Assembly: GCA_964234715.1 (NCBI GenBank)
Contig: OZ174280.1
Length of the DNA stretch: 64,000 bases
DNA from: Podarcis melisellensis
Lineage: Eukaryota
Reading direction: 5' to 3' (one strand)
The translations under genes and the position numbers were made by a program. Positions 11,863 to 23,800 of the stretch are shown here, in pieces. Every line of letters begins with the position of its first letter. The first letter of the stretch is position 1. Below the pieces are notes generated by a model. It saw only the letters and a list, made by a program, of their open reading frames with translations, searched no databases and was not told the DNA's origin.

Positions 11863-14800
11863 TATATCCTGCCCTCCCCAGCCGAAGCCGGGCTCAGAGC
11901 AGCTAACAACAATAAAAGTAACACAGTTTACATAAAATCACAATCAATTAATTGAAATGCATTCTAAAATCAAATCATTCTAAAATCAATTTGAAATCAA
12001 ATTAATGGCAACCATTGGGCTAGAGTTCTGTGAGGATTACCAAAGTTCTGTGAGGATTAACAAAGGCCTGGTGGAACAGCTCTGTCTTGCAGTCCCTGCG
12101 GAAAGATGGCAATATAGAAGTGCTAGTTCAGGTAGTGGTAGAACTGATTTCTGTTGGGTTGCTGCAGGGAGCTCCCCCAGCCAGGGTCTCCACCTTGCTG
12201 ATTGTGTGCATGGTATTACTTCAAGTTCAGGGTTTTTATTGTTCCTGATGTGCTGCATTAAAACGTAGGTCTTCGTGCTAAAAACAAACATTGAACGCCT
12301 GTGCTAGCAAAAGGTTTTCACATTTCTCTAGGCATGTTGAGCCATGGCTGGGATGGATGATCCACCCACGCAGGCAAGGAATCTTGCCTGTTTCTTCCAG
12401 GACCGAATGCTCTCCCGAGCCCTCAGATTTCTCGTGTTAACTGTTAAGAGAGCCTCACGTTGATTCTTGGTGTTGTGGTCCCGCTTCTTTGTGCACACCT
12501 GACCTCTAGGTTCTCCTCCTGCCCCATGTACACTGATGCCCCACAGTCAGGAGACGACCCCATGACACGTGTCTTCTCTCTTGTCTATTGCAGTTCACGG
12601 ATCTGTGCTGTCCCTGGCGTCGAGTGCTTCCTCCACTTACTCCTCAGTAAGCTGTGCTCCCTTCATCAGCGGGCCTGGCCTGCCCTTTGCTTTCTCTGTG
12701 ATGCAATTCCGGCAGGCCATCCTTCCCTCTCTTCCCCCAACCCTGGATGTTCCCCTGCTGCAGTCTTTTCGAGTGATGGGGTGCTGTGCCGCTCTTTCAG
12801 GGCTTTGCGTGTAACCATGTGGGGAGGGGGGGAGGTGTGGCACAAATAAGCTGTTGTCGTGTTGCCACAAGGAGTGTGGTGCATGTGGAAAGATTGCAGC
12901 GGAGGTGCTGGCTTCTCTGCATGGCTCCTCGCCTTTGCCTGTGAGTGCGCCTCTGCTACTTATGCCCTAACCGCCTGCCTCTCTCTGTCTCTCCTCTGCC
13001 CCACCATGTGCTGCCAGGCTGAGGAGAGGATGCAGTCTGAGGTACAGTAAGATTCTCTCTGTCCTCCCTACGGCTGCTTTGCTCTTGACCCATTGGTGGA
13101 GAGCAAAAGGGTCTATCTTGCTCCCTGACTCCTCCCTTTCTTCCTCTTTCTCCCTGATTGTAGCAAATCCGCAAACTGCGCCGTGAGTTGGAGTCATCCC
13201 AGGAGAAAGTGGCCACGTTGACATCCCAGCTTTCAGCCAACGTGAGTTGCCCTGTCTTGTTAATCTGCCGCAAATGCTCCTCTCTCATAAACAAAATTTT
13301 GAACGATGCAATTAAAGTAGCATTCAAAAATACCAAAGGAAAATGGAAAGCTAAAATAGGGAGGGGGGATGTGGGTCAAGGTGTTTCGACCAAATAAATA
13401 GTGAATACAAATATATGGTGTGATCACATTTTACACAGGGGTTCTGCATATAGGGTGTTTTGTTTGGGGTTTTTTGTTTGTTATTTATATTATTTTTTGT
13501 ATATTTAGTTTTAGGTCTTATTATGATTTATGTGGAAATGGTTTCAGTATGGTTGTGTGCTTTCTGATGTGTTTTATTTATTGTTTGTGGCTTTTGTTAC
13601 ATTTGTAATTATGTAAACCTTGTCAAGTTGTAAGCCACCTCGGGCATGTTTTTTTTTTAAGTACGGAAAAGTGGCATACAGGTAAGATGATGATCTAGCT
13701 CAGTGGGTTGGAGCATGGTGCTGATAATGCCAAGGTTCCAAGTTCGAGCCCCGCTGCGTATTCTCGCATTGCAGGGGGTTGGACTAGATGATCCTCAGGT
13801 TCCCTTCCAACTATGCAATTCTAGGATTCTATATACACGGAAACATGTATACTCAAACCCTTGGAACTAGCCCTGCATGAGAATTCCCAGCCTTCCAGAG
13901 ACAAAGTGCTGAACCCCTCTACCCAAGCAAGGCAGGGAACTTAAACCCAGCTTTCTGTATTCAACATGGAATAGGAGCACCCTCTAGTGGATATTCAGTG
14001 TCTCTGATTTTGCTAGCTCAGTGTCTCTAAAACGTCTTGAGCTTGGGTCTTAGAATAAAGGAGAACAATAGATTGTATCTTTAATCTATCACAGCGGCAA
14101 CTGCCTATCCCACTGCATAATGAGTAAATATTATTTCATGCAGTCGTGTGAGTGCAGCCCCTTCCTGTGTACCAGAAGTCACAGGATCAGAGCCCAGGGG
14201 ACTAATTAAAAAGCTGCCATTAGAAAGGGGAAGAGAATTAGAAACACCATTAGAAAACACCATTAGAACAAAGTCACAGCTTTCCCCAGATCAGAATGGG
14301 GCAGCCCAGTATGACTTAACAAACCCAACTTGAATCATTGAGGATCCTCTTGCTAAGGAACATCCAACTACTCACGTGTTTTGGTAGGTGTGTGGCTATA
14401 GGATCCACCAGCCTCAAGACACTGTCCTCACCTGAAACTTTGCCCCCTTCACTTCAAGTTTTACACACCTCCCCGACGGGGACCCACTCCACCTTGTTGA
14501 GAACAACTGTGTACAGAGTTGTAGTTTTCGAGACATCAGACTTCTGCCATATACTTCTGCTGTAGAACCGCAATCCCTGATGGGAACAATGGGTTTAACT
14601 AGGAGCTCCCAGTATCTTTGCTGATAAGCAATTAGGAATCTACAGAGCTGCATTAATACGAGGCCAGATTATGTGTCTGTTCTGACCGGCAGTTGCTCTC
14701 CAGGTAGTGAAATATCATTCCCGTCATGCGCTGTGTGGTCTTTTTGTAAGTGCAACTGAATCCGTGCAAATGACCCGCTTCATGCAGATCATGTGCTCTG

Positions 14801-17800
14801 CCACTGACCTGTGGGTCCCTCTGATTCCTGTTTTCTTCATATGACTCTGTTCCTTGTACTGGCATGTGGGCCTATCACCCCTTTTCAATTTCCTTTCCAG
14901 GCGAACTTAGTAGCAGCCTTTGAGCAGAGCCTCGTGAACATGACTTCCCGTCTCCGACATCTTGCAGAGACTGCGGAAGAGAAGGTGAGTTTGAGGCAGT
15001 TGGCAGGGTCCATGGCTGACCAAGGTGCTGAGGCCTGCCCTACGAAACGGCTTGCTGTTGTTTCCTTTCTCCCACCTCCCCCTAGCATAGGTTTGCAGCA
15101 GAGCAGTTAGTAAAATACTAAAACGCAAGGCATTCATCAGTTATGCTTCACCTTCTAGGACACTGAGCTGGTGGACTTGAGGGAGACAATTGATTTCTTG
15201 AAGAAAAAGAACTCGGAAGCCCAGGCTGTTATCCAAGGGGCCCTGAATGGAACAGACATTACACCCAAAGGTGAGCGCAGCCTTCAACACACACTCTCCT
15301 GGTGGATCTTTGGCTATGCAGCTGCTGAATGGTGGATTAGAGACATGGTGGACAGGATTGATTCCTTTTCTTGCTAGGAGCAAGGGAGGGAGCGGTTAGA
15401 CATTGTGGTGTGGTGCTTGGATAAAATGCACTTTGACTGGAGCCAGTTGGAACACACACTTACTGGTCTTTTAATATTTGAAGGGAGGTAAAGCAAGCAG
15501 CAGCCAGACATAGGGCTGTACTGTGTGGAGGTCTATGCCCAACTTCCTCTTTCTCCTTCCCAGACATGGAGCCCTTGGTAATGAGAGTGGGAGAGAGATG
15601 GAGAAGCCTCATGCTTTCAGTCTCCATAATGTCACAATGACTGTACTTGTGTGTGGCTTCCTCCTCCTTTGTTCTGAAATTGGAGCTCTATAGATGGGAG
15701 CAGCCATCGTTACCATTGTGCTAATGGGAAAAACAGTACAGTGGTAAAGGCAGCTAAGAGTTACACTTCTCTCACTGCCTTCTGGCATTGCACTGATGGG
15801 ATGAAATTCCAGAGGAGTGGAAGGATGGGGGAATGGAGTCATGGTGGTCCTGAACACTAGAAACTCCTGGGTATTTATTGACAAGACTGGATGAGCATGC
15901 CCAAGACAAGAGACCAAGCCATCATCGAATCTGAATACATGCAGCTCCTCATCTTTCCTTATGGTCCCCAGATCTTGCCTGTCCCCAGATGCTGCCCCTA
16001 TGTGCTCCTTTCCCTACTATTCCCACTTCCTTGGGCCCTGCCTGACCTTAGATAAAAATGTTAGATTTGATTTGAGGTCTAGCCTGGGAACAAAGTACAG
16101 AGAAGACTCTTTTTTTGCTAGCTGTGTTTGGAACTGATGCTAAAAACAGAGAGGTGGTAGCTGATTACCTGGGTGCCTGCAAGAGCTTCCAGTCTGTCCA
16201 CAGGTTTTGAATGCATCTCTCCCTCCATCCCTTCCCTGTGACTCTCCAGAGCTGCGTATCAAGAGGCAGAACTCGTCGGACAGTATATCCAGCCTGAACA
16301 GCATCACCAGCCATTCTAGCATTGGCAGTGGCAAGGATGCAGATGCCAAGAAGAAGAAAAAGAAGAGCTGGGTAGGTCAAGGAGGAGGGGAAGTAACGGT
16401 GGGATCTACGTGGGGGTGAAACCCTGTTGTGTGTCTTGTCACAGTAGCTAGTATAATGGCAACTGGGGTTTCAGAGCTACTTGGCTCATGGAAGTACTAT
16501 TGACTACTTACAACAGATTTCTCTGCGAAAGAAACTAGTTTGCATCTTTATTGCTCTTGAGGCCCAGGGGGAATATCCTTTAGCTCCCAAGCTAGATCCA
16601 CTGCTGGTAAGTGATAGGCGTCACTCATGAGGCCCATTAGACTTAATCATGGTATGGATGTGGTAGCCTAAAAGGGAGGCAGGGGTGCTAACCTAGCAGT
16701 GATGGGATCACTAAAAAGAAAGAAAGCTGAGTTGTTGTTTTTTTGTTTATTTTTTATTTTATTATTATTATTATTATTCCAACACCATATGGACTTAAAA
16801 TGTTTCTAGCATGCTTCAAGTTAACTGTCCTCTTTCCCAGACATGCAAACACCCCTCCAGTCTGAATAGCCTTAAAGCATTGGGTGTTTTTGTGCTCTCA
16901 TTCCAGCTGCCTATTTTGAGTCAGGAATGAGACCAAAGAAAGCTTCCAAGTTTTTAAGGCTCCGCTTAAAATATTGGGCAGTGGGATGGGGAGTGATTTG
17001 ACCTGAACCTTTTTAGGAACATTTTAAGGTGCATATTAAATAAAGGTTTCGACTTTTAAAATCAATATTGCCCCACAGCTGGTTTTGCATGGCAAGTTTA
17101 TGACTTGTGCAGCTGATGTCACTCTTCCTTTCCATTTACACTAACCTTGCTGCCCTGCCTTTCCCCACTGCTCCCTAAAGCGGAGAGAGGCCGCTCGCGC
17201 CCAACTCTCAGCTCAGTAGGTGTGCCGTCCTCTTAGGAAGGCTGGTGTAGAAGATTGTCCCGGTTTCTCTGTACTGCCTTGAGCCCCCACCCCATCCCCG
17301 CAGCTTGTTACAGGCAGGGAACCTGAGCTGAACGCATGATTAAGTCTTGCTGTGTTCTTTCTCCCCCCTTTCTTCCTTCAATGCTGACCCCCAACCCCTT
17401 TTTTTCCAGGTGTATGAGGTAAGCTTGGAACTCCCTTCCCCACCCCCACCCTACCCCTCCCTTTCACCAGTCCTTTCCCTGTGTCTTACTCCTGACTGGT
17501 CACTCCATTGTGTTGGGGAAAGCACAGCACTCGTGGAACTAGCCATCCCATTTGCTCTCACACTTGCGCTGCCAAGCCACACAGGAGGGGCCACTGCACT
17601 GGTGCTGCGGCAGGGGTGGGGTGGGGAGTTTCACGCCCCTTTTTGACATGGCTCTGAATCTATCCCTAATGCTACCCAGTCTTAACAGCTCTCCTAAAGG
17701 TCTAGAAAGTCACCAGGAAAAGAGGTTTCAAGAGTGGATTTTTGAAGTACTCATGGGGAACAGTTTAATAATAATCACTGGTCAACAACAAATTTGTTGT

Positions 17801-20800
17801 CTGCGTTTTTTCAGTTGACTTAGGATGAATCTGATGCGCTGAATCCAAAAATCACATTGGTTTTGCTCAATCAGGTCAAGTTTTTGAGCTATGGCCACAT
17901 GTCATTTTTTTACATTTCTGTTCACATATACGCTTGTGTGGAGCATTTTAGAAGAAGTTGGTGGGGGTAAAATGCCATGTTGAATAATTGTTTTGATTGG
18001 AAATGATTATTTTAATGACAAGAAGTATTCAGGTCTGATAGTTCTGGGTGATTATGTCGAAAAGGGATCAGTTTGAAGTCATAAAACCTCGAAATCTTCC
18101 ATAAATTGGTGCGGCTGGAATCAACAGAAAGAACCGGAGCAGCCTCAAGTATCCTGATCTTCAATCAGCACGTTGTCCTGTAGCTCATTGTGGTGAAATT
18201 CCAGTGCCTATCTTCGGAGAACTTCCTGACATTAGTGACAAAGATCCCTCCAGTGTTGAAGGACATGAAGAAGAAGTGGTTCTTGAAGCTCCACATCCAT
18301 TTTCCCAAAAGGAGTTGAATGATCTAGTTTGTGACCTCAGCTTGTCAAAGGACTTTGCCGAACTGTTGGCATCCAGATTGAAGGAAAAAAACCTCCTCTC
18401 TGACAGTGCTCGCATCAGCTTCTTCCACAACAGGCATCAAGAGTACCTCTTTTTTCTCGGAAGAGAAGGACTTGGTGTACTGTGCAGACATTGCGCAGCT
18501 TCTGTTCAAGCTTGGAGTGCCACAGTATGAACCCAAAGATTGGAGACTGTTCATTGACAGCAGCAAGCGATCACTGAAATGTGTTCTGCTACACAACGGC
18601 AACCAGTTTGCCTCTATACCCCTGGCTCACTCGAGTACACTGAAGGAGAACTATGAAGCTGTGAAGTATGTGCTGGAGAAAATTGGTTATGATCAGCATA
18701 AGTGGTTTATTTGTGTTGACCTGAAGATGGTGAACTTTTTGTTGAGACAACAGTCTGGCTTCACCAAGTACCCATGTTTTCTGTGCATGTGGGATAGTAG
18801 GGACCGTGCTCAGCATTACACGAAGAAGGACTGGCCTGTGCGGGAGGAATTGGTGCCTTGCAAAGAAAGGAACGTCATCAACGACCCTCCGGTGGACAGA
18901 GACAGAATACTCTTCCCACCACTGCACATCAAGCTCGGCTTAATCAAGCAGTTCAGCAAGGCTCTGGACAAGGATGGTGACTGCTTCACTTACTTGTGCC
19001 AGGCTTTTCCAGGATTGACCATGGAGAAGTTGAAAGCTGGCATCTTTGACGGTCCTCAGATCCGTCAGCTCACCAGAGATCCAGAGTTCGGAAACTCAAT
19101 GAACGAAGTGGAACTGGAAGCATGGAAAGCATTTATTCTGGTGGTGAAGAACTTTCTTGGCAATAATAAGGCCAGAAATTACGCAGAACTTGTCAACAAC
19201 ATGCTGACTGCTTTCAGAAACCTGGGCTGCAACATGAGCGTCAAGATGCACTACCTATTTTCACATATGGACCGGTTTCCTGAGAAGCTGGGTTCAATGA
19301 GTGATGAGCAGGGGGGAGAGATTCCATCAGGACATGAAAGAGATGGAGACCAGGTATCAGGGTCGCTGGGACGCAGTTATGATGGCTGACCACTGTTGGA
19401 CTCTGAAGAGAGACCTCCCTGCCGCTGAGCATTCCAGGAGTTCCAAGAAACGGAAGTTCAAGCCCTGAAGTTTGAAAAATGGTGAAGCAGCATGCAATTT
19501 ACGTGTACTTACCTTTATTACCCACCATTCAGTTTACAGTAAACCTGACCTGATGGAGAGAAACGGATGCCATTTCCTAATTCAGCAGTGCAAAAATACC
19601 CTAAATCAGTTGTAGAAATCTAGACAACATTCAAAAAGTAAAAAATTGTAGCCCAGTGATAGTATCCTACCACTGCAGCAGTTTGGTTCTGTCCTGTCCC
19701 TCAACACTTAAGGGTTTTTTAAACCTCCTGCCCCTCAAATATATATTTGGTTACTGCAGGCTGTACGTACCATCATCCTCCACACTCAATTGTTGCAAGA
19801 GGAGGAAATATATCGTAAGAATATTGATGAATGTGTTTAATATAGTCATTTCCCATGCTGGGAAATTGTCTATTTTTTTCCTTTGCAAATTGAACAGTTT
19901 CTCTTCTGTCAAGAGAACCCTCCAAATTCAGGAACTGTTTGCAAACATTGTTTGTGCCATAATGTAATCCATCCCACCCTGAAAACTTGTTGAAGAGTGA
20001 GGTATAAATCCCTTACAATTAAATAAATTAATGGATTAATGAATCCACTCTCAGCAGTTTGGCTGTGGCTTCCAAAACCAGCCTAAACTTTGTTTGCATT
20101 TCTTTGTCTGTCTAGAGCAGACAAGGTTTCGTTGGGCCATAAATTCCCAGCATCCCTGATCACTGGCTCTGCATACTGAGAGTCCCAGCAACTTCTGGGG
20201 TCGGGGATACAGGTTCCCCATCCATATTCTAGAATTGCACTCCTTAACAGCACACTCCTTTGCATGCACATCTGTTCAAAAATAAGCCTCACTGAACTCA
20301 GTGGGTCCTACTCCCAGGTAAGTGTGTACAGGACTGCGGCCTAAGTGGCCAGAGGATGAGGTTCAATAGAGCATGGCGCCCACCCACCCACCAATTTCTG
20401 CCACACCATCTCATAGCTGCCGCAGGTCAGAGCAAGTCAGAGAGCTGGAAGATAGAAAGTGATTTCTCACATGTACGACATGACAAGTGCTCTTTGAAGC
20501 CTCCTGAAAGGGTAGCAGAGGTTCAAGCTCTGAGGCAGCTCCAGTCCCCTGGCCTCTTGTGTGCCCTCAGACTGGCTTGCGAGGTGGGTGGGTGGGTGGG
20601 AGGGAGATAGAAAAACCCAGTTCCAATAGTGCCTCCACCCATTACAGTGGCTATTCTCCCTGCTACTGTCTCAATACATGTGTGGATTGATGCCTGTTTT
20701 GTGTGCATGTTGCATGCTCCGCCTGAGCATTGTTGGGATCACAAGTTGACTATTCCCCTCAAGAGAAAAGCACACGGCTGTGTTGGTCTTGACTTGTTTC

Positions 20801-23800
20801 TCTGGCTTCTTCCTTTTCTGTAATATTGATTGAACCATTACATGTTAGAAGAAGGAGGGCTGCTTCTCTGTAATCTCTCTTCAGCTGGATCTTGAGATGC
20901 AAGATAAACGACACAGATCTTAGCATCCCAGCCTAATTCCATTCCATTAATAATTGGGAAAGAGTTGCATATTTTGTGGAGAAGGAGAGCAGCCTGCCAT
21001 TCTTACTTGTAGGTTTGGCAGGCCCTGAGGATTGGAGTGCCAAAGGAGAGGTGATTCTCTCTCATTGTATGAATCTGCTGTCAGCAAGTCCGGTTGGGCA
21101 CATACAGGTTCCAAGTGCACAGATGCCACCAAGTCAGGAGAGCTCCTAGTTACAGCACCAATGACCAGAGGCAATATTGCTTGTTGTCTTCCCTGCTGCT
21201 ATGAGTTCTTAGAATCATTGAACTGTAGAGTTGGAAGGGACCCCAAGGGTCATCTGAGCACAGGGAGTTAGATACCAAAACACCTAGAAGTTGGAGGAAA
21301 AGTCCTACCATGGTACAATCCTTTGTGAGATATGAAGTTATTCCACTCACCCCAGTGGTAAGTCAGATGCCTCTATTAGTTACAGCAGCTGATACTTGGA
21401 TTGTGGGACAAAAGGAATGTGGCATTCTTTTAAGAATGTCACATTCCCTGGGTAGCAATTTATTTATGTATTGAATTATGCCCCACTTTTCTTCTATGAT
21501 GGAACCCAAGGCACACATAGGGCTTCCACCCAGGCAGTGGCCAGACCTCCATAGCTTCAGCAAAGTTGCTGATGATGAAAAGGTTTGGGGTGGTCCACCT
21601 TCTCTCACTATCTACCCCTGCCCATAGGTTAAGCTATAGTGCTCTGGAAAAGCAAATTGAGTAAGCAAGGATGGATGCTTGGGAAGTATAAATGGGCTTT
21701 TGCTCTTTCCAGTTAGGGCTGCAGTTATTGGTGTGAGCAGCTAACTTTAGGCTCTCTTAACCTAGTCCTCACCCTCCCCTAAAAATGCAGATTTGCTTTG
21801 AGAGGTAGTCGTGATAGATTGTAAGTAGGTGTGCTGCCCACAGCAGTCACCCCTTCCCCAGTCCAAAACCTCTGCATAGTGGCATGCAGTACCACTATTT
21901 GTGTGCATGGATCAAGCTGCGAACTATATTAGGCCACCACCACTCCTGCCTATTTAGAAAAATGCGAGAAGCCTGGAACACTCTGAATGACAGGATATGT
22001 CCTTTTGCATGACAATGACAGCACTTCAGTGCATGGACTCAGCTAGTCGGTGGCATGTTGCACTGGCTATTAATTGTTCTGCATGTTTGGACAAGTCCAT
22101 ATCTTAGGCTGCTAAACTGCCCTTGTTTCCTTCCATATTAGGTAGCATAGGATATTATATTTTACATTCCCACTCAAGATATGGAAAGAGAATCTGGCCT
22201 GTGTCTTCCTTCTGAATCTTTGACAGATCACTTATCCTTTAGGAACCACAGGCCATCCCTGTGTTTTGTATGTTCCTTGGTTCCTCCTTATATGTGTGAT
22301 TTAAAAGTTCTGCTTCCCCCAAGGGCTCAGATTTTTGGTTACCAACCATGAGAGCTGCTGGGTTTTTTTTCCTGATAGGAATAATAATATGGAATCCTTT
22401 TGGCTTCCTTGCCAGCAGTCTTTCATAAGTGACATAAGTGATTTTGCTCCCTGGAGTCTCAGAGCCCAAGCTATGGAAGTGGCATGCTTGGAAACAGCAA
22501 GAATTGCTGCCAATTCCTTGTTTCTGAGCACTCTGGAATCTACTACTTGGTTTCTTGGGGAGTATAATTAAGATGCACTTAACACAAATTTCAGTTACAG
22601 ATAGGTAGCCATGTTGGTCTGCCATAGTCAAAACAAAAAAAATTCCTTCCAGTAGCACCTTAAAGACCAACTAAGTTAGTTCTTGGTATGAGCTTTCGTG
22701 TGCATGGTATCTGAAGAAGTGTGCATGCACACGAAAGCTCATACCAAGAACTAACTTAGTTGGTCTTTAAGGTGCTACTGGAAGGATTTTTTTTTGTTTT
22801 AACACTAATTTGATACCTTGTGTCACTTCAACTACCTTTATGTGCTTGCATTCAAGTTCTTGAAAGCCTGCTCAATAAAGGTAGATTTTAAAAATATCTT
22901 CCATTCTGACAGTGCATGATTATAGAGCGAGTGGGAATTCTAAGTTGCCTTAAAAGTTGTGGGTATGGATCAATGATTAATTAAAACCAGGGGGATGGCT
23001 CTGTGTATATACTTTCTTTAAATAGGTTTTGCGCTTGGAGAGTATTAATGTAAAAATTAGTGTCCTCTGGGGTGATGGGGTAGTATTAGAGCTTGAGTAA
23101 GAAGCAGACCAAAGGGGAAGCCAAGTTTCTGAGTGTCCTGAAAACTACAAACTGTTCACAGTGTGCAATGAAACAGAGGTTAGATGGCACAGGCTGCCTC
23201 TGCCACCTCCTTGCCCCATGGTGCAGCATCCTCTGTTTTCCAGCAGTCAGCCTCAGAGGGCTTTTTCAAGCTTTTCTCGCTTCTCCATTTTCCCCTTCAG
23301 TTGAGGAGCTCTTTCAACAAGGCTTTCAGCATCAAGAAGGGCCCAAAATCTGCCTCCTCCTATTCTGACATAGAGGAAATCGCCACCCCAGATTCTTCTG
23401 CGCCATCGTCCCCCAAACTACAACATGGATCCACGGAGACAGCCTCGCCCTCCATCAAATCTTCCAACTCCTCTTCTGTGGGCATTGATAACACAGAGTA
23501 AGTCCACTCTTCAGGGAACGAAGTTAGGGGTGGCTGCAAGGACAAGTTGCACCTGGAAAAAGTCTGCCTTGTATCTGATCATATTGTACAGTGTGCTGCA
23601 GGTGGCCTCAGGTTGCTGAAACTGTGATATGAACAATAAGAACCTTGTGGGGGGGGGGACTAAACAGGTGGCTGAATGACCATTTGCAGAGCACCTTTTC
23701 CAGTAATATGTATGCACTGGAAATATCTTGTGCTCTGGCAGGAGAGGACAGCAGTGAGCAAAGATTCAGAAGCAGCACTCCTCAGCTAGCCCAGGCTGGC

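Noticed and set aside
18406-19389. 327-aa ORF as a domesticated host gene
   Set aside because: It lies between intact transposon ends, is frameshifted on both sides, lacks the N-terminus and loses the presumed catalytic Glu.
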